A DNA stretch of 64,000 bases from Squalus acanthias (Eukaryota): the NCBI GenBank assembly GCA_030390025.1, contig CM059425.1, forward strand, positions 30,134,001 through 30,198,000, given 5' to 3'. The notes beneath the pieces are model-generated. The model saw nothing but the letters and a program-made list of their open reading frames with translations, searched no databases and had not been told where the DNA came from. The first letter of the stretch is position 1. Every line of letters starts with the position of its first letter. The translations under genes were made by a program, and so were the position numbers. Shown here piece after piece: positions 1-10,932 of this stretch.

Positions 1-656
1 CATGTGTGACTTTAACATTGCCATTTTGCTCGTCTCCTAGCACTGGTGCAGAAAATGCCGTACCAAGGCAGCTTAAAAGGGATGCAAATGCACCTTGTGC
101 AAGCACTCCAGCTTAAATATTTTCCACTTGGCAAATCAGTAATGATTAATTAATAGTCAACAACACTTCAAAGCTATTTTATATGTATGTACTGCTGAAT
201 TTAGGTACTGCTTGGCAAAGCAGGGACTTTTTTCTGTTTTGCAGCTTGCCAAATTGTTGAAAAATACCATAACTTGCCCTTGGTGAGATGGTCAGTGCTA
301 TTTTTTTCAGTCTTGTACACACCTACACACTCAAACAGCACAAAGTCATGACATTCATAAGACTCAAAGGGAGACCTTAACTTCATTAAATGCTTACCAA
401 AAATACCGAGTTAAGATTTAGCAAAATCTTTTTATTTGCAGTAAATAATGTCCTTTCAGTGCAAGGCCACAAAAATATTAATGCAAATTTGTTCTATACT
501 CTCAAAATTAACTTACATATCTATAGTACTTTTCACGTACAGAAATGTCTGAGAGAGCCTTACAGGCTGGTGGACTAAAGTGGACACCAAGCAAGAAGGA
601 AAAAGGAATGAGAAGGAAGGAGGAAAAGCATGATTAAAGAGAAAGGTCTTTAGAAG

Positions 657-1053
657 AAAAGAAAGTGCCTTTCATGATCTCAGGACATCCCAAAGCACTT
701 TACAGCCAATGAAATACTTGTGGACTGTAGTCACTGTTGTAATGTAGGTAAACACAGCACTGAATTTGTGCACAGCAAGGTCCCACAAACAACAATGACC
801 AGATAATTTGTTGGTTGAGGGATAAATATTGTCCAGGAAAACCGGGAGAACTGCTCTTCTTCAAACATTGCCATGAGATCTTTTACCTCCACCTGAGAGG
901 TTCTCATTTTAATGGCACCTCTGACAGTGCAGCACTACCTCAGTACTGCACTGAAGTGTCAGCTTAAATTTGTGCTCAAGTCTCTGGAATGAAGTTTGAA
1001 CCTACGATTTTATGGCTGAAGACGAAAGTGCTACCATTAAGCCAAGGCTGACA
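657..1053 (-). mobile_element. tRNA-derived DeuSINE (SacSINE1-like) with L2-type tail
   Basis: Contains the core gcacctctgacagtgcagcact..ctcagtactgcactg shared with copies at 8.2, 41.6 and 52.6 kb; near-TSD ctttagaag / ctttaggag. Confidence 0.75.
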
Positions 1054-1067
1054 CCTTTAGGAGGCTT

Positions 1068-2281
1068 AGGAACATAGGAACTGGAGTAGGCCATTTAGCC
1101 CCTCGAGCCTGTTCCGCCATTCAGTGAGATCATGGTTGATCTGCGACCTAACTCCATATACCCGCCTTTGCTCCATATCCCTTAATAACAATGGTTAACA
1201 AAAATTTATCAATCTCAGATTTAAAATTAACAATTGACCCAGCATCAACTGTCATTTGTGGAATAGAGTTCCAAACTTCTACCACCCTTTGCGTGTAGAA
1301 GTGTTTCCTAACTCCACTCCTAAAAGGTCTGGCTCTAACTTTTAGGCTATGTTCCATAGTCCTAGACTCCCCAATCAGCAGAAATAGTTTCTCTCTATCT
1401 ATCCTATCAGTTCCCCTTAATATCTTGAAAACTGCAATCAAATCACCCCTTAATCTTCTAAATTCCATTGAATACAACCCTAATTTGTGTAATCTCATCT
1501 CATAATTTAACTCTTGAAGTCCAGGTTTCATTCTGGTAAATCTACGCTGCACTCCCTCCAAGGCCAATATATCCTTCCTAAGGTGTGGTGCCCAGAACTG
1601 CTCACAGTACTCCAGGTGTGGTCTAACCAGGGTTTTGTATAGCTGCAGCATAACTTCTACCCCCTTGTATTCTATTCCTCTAGATATAAAGGCCAGCATT
1701 CCATTAGCCTTTTTGATTATTTTCTGTACCTGTCCATGAAATTTTTACAATCTATGTACATGGACCCCTAAGTCTCTTTGGTCCTCTACTGTTTCTAGCT
1801 TTTCACCATTTAGAAAGTACTCTGATCTATCCTTTTCAGGTCCAAAGTGGATGACCTCACACTTGCCTGTATTGGAATCCATTTGCCACAGTTTTACCCA
1901 TTCACATAATCTATTAATGTCTCTTTGTAATTTTATGCTTCCATCTACACTGCTTACAATGCCGGCTATCTTTGTATCATCGGCAAACTTGGATATGCGG
2001 CTCTCCATCCCATCATCTAAATCGTTCATAAATATTGTGAATAGTTGAGGCCTCAACACAGATCCCTGCGGGACACCACTAGTCACATCCTGCCAATTAG
2101 AGTACCTGCCCATTATCCCTACTGCTCAACCAATTTCCTAACCAGGTTAATAATTTTTTCTTCAATGCCATGAGCTTCAACTTTAGCCAACAGTCTCTTT
2201 GAGGGACTTTATCGAATGCCTCCCAGAGCTCCATATAAATGACATCCATAGGCATTCCCCTGTCCACTACTTTAGTCACCG
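1068..2281 (-). mobile_element. CR1 LINE, 5'-truncated (RT C-terminal half and 3' UTR), frameshifted
   Basis: ORFs with VTSGVPQGSVL, SKFADDTK, LYKTLVRPHLEYC and RLRGDLI; 3' tail at ~1068. Confidence 0.93.
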
Positions 2282-2869
2282 CTTCTGAAAGGAGGGAGGA
2301 AGATGACAAAGCAGAGGCATTCAGGGGAGAAGTTCCTGAGGGTGAGGGCTTAGTGGCTGAAGGCACAATCATTGCTGGTAGACTAGAGTAGCAGGGAATG
2401 AAGAGTAGGACTAAGTGTGAAGATTGCATATGGGATACATGGCTGGAGGAGATTACTGAGATAGGATGGTGTGAGGATCAGAAGACAAGGACGTGGATCT
2501 TAAAAATCAATTTGTTGCAGTTTGGGGAGCAAGTGTGTTGTGTTTTAGATGAAATGAATAGTAAAAGGTGGAATCAAGGAAGCTGAGAAGGAGAACTTTG
2601 GAGAAATTAAGTCTCAAGATGACTAAGCCATAGATACAGTTTTTGGCAGTAGTGAGGGAGAAGTAGAGGCAGGTGATATTTCGGAGGTGAAAGAAAGTTG
2701 TATTGGTAACAGTTTGGATATGGAGAAGGAAATTGAGCTTGGGCTCAAACACTGTAGAAGCTTCTGCACCTCTGGACATAAACTGAGATTGTAGCTGGGT
2801 AGACTGGTAGAGTGGAGTCCAGGGTGACATAGTTGTTGGCGGGGTCCAGAGATGAGGGCCTCTATATTA

Positions 2870-3790
2870 GGCTATCCATGTTGGGCAGGAGAGCGTTGGG
2901 GGGAATGCTAAAAATTTAAAACCGGTGAACGCGTCCTCAGCCTGCTGCGTATGCGCCTGTAGCCTTTTTTACGGAGGCGGGTTTCATGGCATGCGAGTGT
3001 GCCGCCATCGAGCGGCAGCACATTTCATTAACTTATTTAATTCAGGCTCCCACAGTGCAATTGGGAGCCTGATTTAAATTTATCAGTTGCCACACGGGTT
3101 TCCCAGGGCTCGGGAAACCCGGCAGTAAAAGGGAGGCAGGAGCTGCCGGCTCAAGAAAGTAAATGCCTTTTACAGCACTCCTAGTCAGCCAGGTGGAACA
3201 GGAGCGTCCCCCCCAGGCCTCTCAAGGAAACCTTTGGCCTCCCCTCTGCCGAACGTGGCCTCTCTCACCCCCCTGCCGCGATGGCCAGCCTCCCCCACCT
3301 TCAGCCTGATCTGTCACTCCCACCCTCCTGCGATGGCCTCTCTCCACCACCCCCCCAAGCCCCTGTCGCTCCCTCTCTCTGGCTCTCTCCCTCTTGAAAT
3401 AGCGTCTGGCACTCCCCACCCCCAAGTTTCAATCTGTCGCTCCCTCCCTCCCGCGGTGGCCTCTCTCCCCACCTTCAGCCCCAATCTCTCACTCCCTCCC
3501 TCTCGTAATGGCCTCTCTCCACCATCAAGCCATGATCTCTCGCTTGCTCCCCCCTCCCGATTGTTTGTGACCGTCCCCAAGTGTTCCTGGGTGCGGTCTC
3601 CTGACACTGGTTTTTCTGCCTGGCTAGCCTGTCAATTTGGCCGGCTGCAGGGTGGAAAACAGAGGAAAAAAATTATAATGAAGTCCTCCAATTAAATTCG
3701 GCCGGACCTCCGTGTCCCCGGTTTTCCATGCGCTACCGTGCTCCCTTGCACCCTCCCTGCCTCCCCTTTGATTTTTTTTTACATCTCCCT
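2870..3790. mobile_element. GC-rich non-autonomous DNA element (Harbinger-MITE-like), boundaries approximate
   Basis: Internal blocks (gggtttccc..cgggaaacccggc, aaagggaggc, C-rich tract) are shared with the elements at 4000-4805 and 49883-50876. Confidence 0.6.
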
Positions 3791-3999
3791 GCACAAATTG
3801 CTGGTTCATTCAGGTCTTAATGTTAGAGAGGGAGTTGAAAAGTGTTGATAGAGCTTGGTGTTGATATTGGCTAGGGGCGGTAAACTATTAGAGAGCAGTG
3901 CATGGAGATGGATTGAAAAAAAAGAGATGTTCAAGGAGGATGGACTGTATCAAAGGTAAGAGAGGGATTGAGGAGGATGAAGATGGACAGTGAGCCACA

Positions 4000-4805
4000 G
4001 GGTGGAATTTTAACCCCAAAGAACGGATGGGTTTGGGTTGGGTGGGAGGTTAAAGTGTTAAAAATCTGAATCCCGACCCCAACCCACCTCCAACCCACCC
4101 ACTTCCATTTTTAACAGAGGCGGGACGGGGGGCGGGCAGCCAACCTGCTCCCAGGAGGCGGGTTGGCAATTTAAATATTATAATGAGGCTGGCGTGCCTC
4201 ATGGTGATCCACTATTTAAATTTTAACTCTGGCCGGCCATGTTTCCCGAGCTTCGGGAAACCCGCCGGCTAAAGGGAGGCAAGGACTGCTGAATCCAGGA
4301 GGTAAGTGCCTTTCCACTTACCTGCTGGATCCAGCGTACCTGCCTCGCCAACCCCCTGCGATTGGACGCCCCCCGACCCTTCCGATCTCCCCCTGACCTC
4401 CCCCATGAAGCTTCTGATCTCACCCCCGAGGTCTCCAATCTCACCCCCTCCCCGGCCTCCGACAACCCCCCTGGGGGCCCGGCCTCCAATCTCCCACCCC
4501 GCCGTCCCCCGGCCTCTGATTCTGCGCCCACCCCCCATTCCCCCGGCCTCCGATCCCTCAGGCTACTGATCTCTGAACCCCCTCCTCTCTGCTCCACGGC
4601 TGTGGCCTGGTGCCGAAGGCCTACCCGCCCGACAGCCAGCCAGCCTCTCAATCTGACTAGCTGTGGCTGGGAAACGAAGAAAAAAATGTTAATCAGGTGC
4701 GGCCATTAAATTTGGCAGGGCCTGATGGAAACTCATTCTTTCGGATTTCCCGACCTCAATCCAGCACCCCCGCTCCCTTCCCGTCTCTGAGTAAAAATCT
4801 AGCCC
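4000..4805. mobile_element. PIF/Harbinger-like MITE
   Basis: Imperfect TIR GGGTGGAATTTTAAC / GGGCTAGATTTTTAC; flanks aca/ata; inserted into L2; related copies at 49883, 61136 and 8756. Confidence 0.75.
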
Positions 4806-6240
4806 ATAGTCATAGCTACACGGGATGTTATTTGTGACTTTGGCCAGTGCAGCCTCAGTGTTGTAGGTCAGGTAAAAGCCTTGATTGTAGGATCTCAAAC
4901 AGTGAGTGATTGTGAAGTAACAATTAATTTCAGGATGTTAGTGAGAGAAACTTCACCACCTGGGCAGTAACCTGGCAGAGTGGATCACCCAGCCTTTAAA
5001 GAACTGGCCCAATTTTGCTTCCATTGATTTCAATGAAAATCTGGCAGGTTCGACAAAGAACGAGTGATCTGTTACACCAGGTTAGTGCACAGGCAGCAAA
5101 GTTGAAAATTACCTCCCCAGACTGGTAGAGTGGAAGGGTTGAGACCAGGTTTTTTGAGGTTGGTGGGTGATGATGGCAATTTTCAAGGAGGTAGGGATTG
5201 TGCTGGAGGATAGGGTGGGGAAAGGGTGGGGGAGTGGGACTAGCTGAAGTGCTCTTGCAGAGAGCCAGCACGGGCTCGACGGGCCGAATGGCCTTCCTCC
5301 ATGCTGTAACCATTCTATGATTCTATAGGGCTGATCTGAACAGGAATGAGCTGTTGAGTGGACAAGAGTAGGTCAAGGGAGCAGATGGTGGGCTTTGTGG
5401 ATGAGGTCAGCTTAGTGAAGGCTGGGTGGCAGATAGAGGGACAACTATGGCGTATGGGGGGGTGGAGGATGCTGATTTGGGAAGCATGCAGGGGAAAGGG
5501 TGGCAGTGGAAGAGGTGGAAAAGGGGAGGGTGTCAGAGAAGGCAGAGGTAGCAGAATGGATTGTCTCAATTTTGAAGATAAATACATTTTAGTAAAGTTT
5601 AGGACAAAATGTTTTTGTTTTTCAACAAATGACAGATGAAGATTTATTAAGTTTTTTTAAACTTAAATATTAACCAGAACAGTAGTATTTAGGCATGATT
5701 TAAAATTAGGAATGAAGCAGATTCACCAATTTAAACTTGAAATGCATGTTGGCCTAGTTTCTCCCACATCAGTGACTTTGGCGATGAACACCATTAAGTT
5801 GGACCGTGTCCGTCCGATCCTCCAGTAACGAATTGATGCTAAATTCTACTGGAAAACTGATCTGAATACGCCACAGCGAGGATAGTGGTAAATCAGAAGT
5901 GGTGCAGCCAATGGTCAATAATGGGATTTTGTTTTATGGAAGAGAACCAATAACAGCCATCTCCATTTTGCTTCATAAGGATTTGATTTTTTTTTAAAAT
6001 CACGTATGCAGAATTATATTGAAGCAGGACCAGAATCGACAGGTTTACATTGGAAGTTGAACGGATTGATCACCAGGTTCATTTAAGATACATTGCATTG
6101 TAATTTTCATTAAGCTGCTTTGCTTTTTAAAATTATAGAAAAAAATAAAAAGGTTGGAATGCTGAAGCTTTTTGGTTTTGAGCTATTGAAATCTAAATTT
6201 TTTAAGAATAGCAAGCTTATACAGATGGCCATTAAATGAT

Positions 6241-6387
6241 AATACAATAGCAAAATACTGCGGATGCTGGAAATCTGAAATAACAACAGAAAATGCTGGA
6301 AACACTCAGCAGGCCAGGCAGCACCCGTGGAGAGAGAGAGAGAAACAGAGTTAGCGTTTCGGGTCTGTGACCCTTCGTCAGAACTGG
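6241..6387 (-). mobile_element. Penelope-like element 3' terminal fragment with hammerhead motif
   Basis: Homologous to the 3' end of the GIY-YIG-linked copy at 56.2 kb; flanked by a 15-bp direct repeat tggccattaaatgat (6226-6240, 6385-6399). Confidence 0.85.
6349..6385 (-). ncRNA. Minimal type-I hammerhead ribozyme motif (variant GCU triplet, probably impaired)
   Basis: Minus strand reads AGUU-CUGACGA-A-GGGUC-aca-GACCC-GAAAC-GCU-AACU. Confidence 0.7.
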
Positions 6388-8197
6388 CCATTAAATGATG
6401 TTCTCTGATGCTAGTTTTAGTTTGAACTCTAAAAGGGCGATGAGCACACACTGTTTATGGCTGTTTATTTTTACCTGGCATAACACAATCTCTTTACTTG
6501 AGCTTCAGGTATTTTGCTGAAACATCTTTCTTTGCTATGTCTTTGGCTCAGAGATCATTGTTGTTTGTACTCTGAAAGGAAATAAATGCTTAAGAGATCA
6601 AAATTATTTTCAGTGTCATTCAGAAATCATTTAAAAGTAATGTCGGATTCAGTGAATGCATTATATCCTGTCTCTGCCAGGCCACTTAGACCATTATTTT
6701 TAAGTTTAAGTAACAGCGGTGTGAAAATTGGCGTAAATGCATATAAATAGCGATCGCCATTGATTTGAATGGGGGGGGGGTGGAGCTATGATAATGACCT
6801 TCTAACTGTTTTCCGTGAGGTTAATGGTTGAGCAGCACAACCCCCCTCCCCCCTCCCCCCCAGGATAATATGGAGTGGCATAATTAATGGTGTAAGTCAT
6901 TTACTCCATAATTTCCTCTTTCTTTTGCGCCGATCAAGAGTCCCTACGCCATAGATGTGCCATTACATTGGTGCAGTTCCCCAGGAAAATCTTACCTGTA
7001 CCCTTCCTTGGAGGAAAGAGGGAACCTGGTTGGTACCTTGAGAGACCCTGCACTATAAATTGGAAGAAATAGATTTTGTTTAATCTGTGCTAAGTTTCTT
7101 TTAACAATCAATTTAGTTGCCGAGTACATTCATTGATTTACCCTGGTAGGCTTCTAAAAATAAAATGACCAAAATAAGACAACTGATTGGAATCAGCATG
7201 GTACTTCTGCAAGTGTGAATGTTTTTCGACAGGCTAAAGTAAACTGGAATGAAAAGAATAAAAGCAATAATCCACTGCAGTGAATTTCATACTTACTGTG
7301 CAGTTTTCTAGAATGAATTTAAATACCACATTAAAATTCATTGCTTCTGCTGAAACAATTCAAATACGCAGCATATCTCACCAAATGACATTGTCCTGGG
7401 AATTCTTTCACTTAGGAGAGAACTCAAAGAAGAACCTTGGCTTAATGCTGTGGGTGAGGCATAATTCTTTCAAATTTACTTTCCTCGTATGACTCAGTGA
7501 CTCTGTGATTAAGCAGCAGGATCACTCCTCTGTGATTGCTGAGTGTGATAATGGAGCTGTAGTCCTATGGGGAATGAGATGAGTTACAATTTTGTTGCTG
7601 TATGTCCATGTTATGAACATAGCCTTAAAGATTCGTTACTGAGGTTGAAACATAGATTACCGTAAAATGTGGGAATTGATTTTGTTCATGCTTTAGTGGA
7701 TATGAAGTTTAATTAGCAATTATATGGAGGGAATACTTGTCCATATTATCTACTGCATGTGTAAGCTCTGAAGATTACTTACAGAAAGGCATGGGTAATG
7801 CCTCTGACTAGATCACTGATTATCTTTGTGAAAGTTTACCCTCAGCAATCCCAGTACCTTGGTTCCTATATATGCGAAAGACATTTTGAGAATGATTCAT
7901 CTGATGACTTGGCTCCATCCCAGGAGCAAGCTGCCAAAGATGGAAGGTCACCTCAGTCACGTGAGCCTTTTGTAGAACAAGACAGCCACCCACCTGTCAC
8001 ATGACTGTCTTTAGGTTGCACCTAGAAGAAACACTAGAATAGGAGAAAGAAAGGCATGTTTGGACACCTAGGGGAAGCATGGTGTCAGGAAAGATTAGAT
8101 TGGATTCTGTTCACTTTGGAGTTTGTTATATTAAAGGAGATTGTGCACTTATGCTGTGCTCCATTGTTCATGGAGATTAGAATCATAAAAAAAAAGA

Positions 8198-8566
8198 TGT
8201 CTCAAAGTACTTTTGAAGTGTAATCACTGTTGTAATGTGGGAAAACATGGCAGCCAATTTGCGCACAGCAAGGTCCCATAATCAGCAATGTGATAATGAC
8301 CAGATAATCTGTTTTTGTTATGTTGGTTGAGGGATAAATTTTGGCCAGGAAAATTAGTGCCATGGGATCTTTTACATCCACCTGAGAGCAGACAGGGCCT
8401 CGGTTTAACATCTCATCCGAAAGACGGCACCTCTGACAGTGCAGCACTCCCTCAGCACTGCACTGGAGTGTCAGCCTAGCTTTATGTGCTCAAGTCCCTT
8501 AGGAGTGGGAACCCACAACCTTCTGACTCAGAGGCGAGTGTGCTACCCACTGAGCCACAGGTGGCA
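8198..8566 (-). mobile_element. DeuSINE (SacSINE1-like)
   Basis: Highly similar to 52613-53070, including the conserved core and tRNA-like head. Confidence 0.8.
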
Positions 8567-8949
8567 CTCCATAAGGAAAGGGTTCACTTATTTTGTGCTA
8601 ACTTATTCAATCGGGTGCTGATTATTGGCATGGTCTTATAGGACAAAGGTCTGATGTGTTGTAATGTTCTAGGATGGATACTGGCTTGAAGGATTAGTAC
8701 TTTATTTGATGGTAGGGGAGAAAGCGTTAAGGCAGTGGTGACAAAGGTAGACACTGGGGGGATTTTTAACCTAGATTTTAGCCCGGTGGGATAGGAGTGG
8801 GGGGGGACCTTTAAGTTGAAGCATTCACTTAGCACCCCATTCCCGTTGACCACCATTTTAACTGCTCACTGTGGTTCAGTGGCTGAGGCGCCCCCAGAAG
8901 CCGATGGGAACCTCATAAATTTATGCAAATTGGAGTTCCATTACATCAA

Positions 8950-9172
8950 TGTACAGAAGCATAGTGATTATATTGCTAGACTAGTAATCCAGAGGCCGGA
9001 CTAATCACCCAAAGAATGTGAGTTCAAATCCCACCATGTCAGTTTGAGAATTTGGATTCAGTTTTAAACATCCGACAATAAAATGCTGGCATCAGTAAAA
9101 ATGACCATGAAGTTGTTGGATTATTGTAAAAACCCAACTGGTTCACTAATGTCCTTTAGGGAAGGAAACTGG
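8950..9172 (+). mobile_element. tRNA-derived retroelement head (A-box and B-box GAGTTCAAATCCC)
   Basis: Reverse-complement homolog of ~51780-51970 (gcatagtg..ctagtaatccagag..gttcaaatcccaccatg..ggttcactaatgtcctttagggaaggaaa). Confidence 0.75.
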
Positions 9173-9429
9173 TGATTTTAGTGATTAGTTATGCTCTGAT
9201 GCCCCTTATGAGCAGTCAATGAACGAGTCCTTTGAGTGTTGGCCATCCTGATGCTCTCCTCCATGGGGAATCATAGAACGATACAGCACAGAAAGAGGCC
9301 ATTTGGCCCATCGTGCCTGTGCTGGCTCTTTGAAAAAGTTATCCCATTAGTCCCACTCCCCTGCTCTATTCCCATAGCCTTGCAATTTTTCCCCTTCAAG
9401 TATTTATCCAATTCAAGTTCTGCTTCCAA

Positions 9430-10105
9430 AGCAAAAGGGCTACCTCCCCAGGAATGTCCACATCCATCCTTTTTGGATGGTGATGATGTACAAGGCAAAG
9501 CAGGCTACATCAATGCAGAACTTCTGAGCTGGAGCACACTGCAGATCACCTACTATCCTACCAAGGCAACAAAACTGCCCTTTAAGATTCCTCTTGATGA
9601 CCACTCTATTGAAGGCACTTTCAATATTGTAGTGCTCCTCTGCTGCTGTTTGGGCAACTCTCAGTTGGGTCATTATTCATGGGAGCAGGGAATACATATT
9701 GCTGCTCACAAGCCATCTGTTTATATTACTTTCTTCCTTGAAGAGCTCAGTGAGGACTCATTTCCAAAGGATGAATGCATTGTGACAACTCCCAGCAAAT
9801 CTCAAATAAAAACAGAAAATACTGGAAACAATCAGCAAGTTGGGCAGCAGCTGTGGAGAGAAGGTGGTAGGATTAATGTTTCTGGTATATAACCCTTCCT
9901 CAGAACCGATTTTGAATGTTCAGAATTTTCTGTTTTTCAGTTTTCCAGCATCCGAAGTATTTTGCTTTTTGTCCCCAGAAAATGTCATGTTGACATGCTG
10001 GATCCTTCATATTGTCACACACAATCTGTACATTCAGGGAGTGGAAGCCCTTTCTATTGAGGAAGATGATGAAATGCATCTTGACAGGAGGGCATGACAA
10101 GCATT
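9430..10105 (-). mobile_element. Degenerate PIF/Harbinger (HARBI1-like) DDE transposase remnant, interrupted by an inverted Penelope end (~9800-9970)
   Basis: Peptides FLNRKGFHSLNVQIVCD and EEHYN..R..LKGQFCCLG..GDLQCAP..VACFAL match Harbinger transposase motifs; broken frames. Confidence 0.75.
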
Positions 10106-10277
10106 TTGACACAGTCAGGGAGGTGACGAAACAAGCTCACAAGAGAAGAGACCAAGTGGGAAGGGGAACCTCAGAAGACTGAAACAGGTGGATGGGTTAG
10201 ATCCCAGAGGAACAGAGAAGACAGAAGAGTAGACCTATGAGTCCATGGTTTCAAAATTGGGATCAATAATCTACTCA

Positions 10278-10932
10278 CAACAACAACAACTTGCATTTAT
10301 ATAGCGCCTTTAATGTAGTAAAACTGCCCAATATGTTTCACAGGAGCGTTATCAAACAAAATTTGAAACTGAGCCACATAAGGAGATATTAGGGCAGATG
10401 AAAGAGGTAGGTTTTAAGGTGCGTCTTAAAGGAGGAAAGAGAGGTAGAGAGGCGGAGAGGTTTAGGGCTGGAATTCCAGAACTTAAGGCCTTGGCAGCTG
10501 AAGGCACAGCCGCCAATGGTGGAGTGATTAAAATCGGGGATGAGCAAGAGGCCAGAATTTGAGGAGCGCAGATATCTCAGAGGGTTGTAGGGCTGGAGGA
10601 GGTTACAGAGATAGGGAGGGGCAAGGCCGTGGAGGGATTTAAAAACAAAGATGAGAATTTTAAAAACGAAGTGTTGCTTAACCGGGAGCCAATGTAGGTC
10701 AGCGAGCACAGGGGAGATGGGCGAATGGGACTTGGTGCGAGTTAGGAAACGGGCAGCAGAGTTTTGGATGACATCGAGTTTACGGAGTGTGGAAAATGGG
10801 AGGCCGGCAATGAATGAGTTGGAATAGTCAAGTCTAGAGGTAACAAAAGCCTGGATGAGGGTTTCAGCAGCAGATGAGCTGAGGCAAGGCAGAATCGGGC
10901 AATGTTGCGGAGGTGGAAATATGCGGTCTTAG
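10278..10932 (-). mobile_element. L2 LINE 3' end
   Basis: ORF LADLHWLPVKQ..FKILIFVFKSLHGLAPPYL; tail tatataaatgcaag(ttg)n on the minus strand. Confidence 0.9.

Larger units (their letters stand above)
2282..5590 (-). mobile_element. Old L2 LINE RT region, interrupted by MITEs and a CR1 tail
   Basis: Collinear degenerate L2 peptides KPTICSLD (5.4 kb), QGFY..NTEAALAKVTNNI (4.85 kb) and FFHLRNITCL..LRLNFS (2.65 kb). Confidence 0.75.

Noticed and set aside
9236..9892. 218-aa ORF
   Set aside because: Antisense read-through across a CR1 tail, the Harbinger relic and a PLE end.
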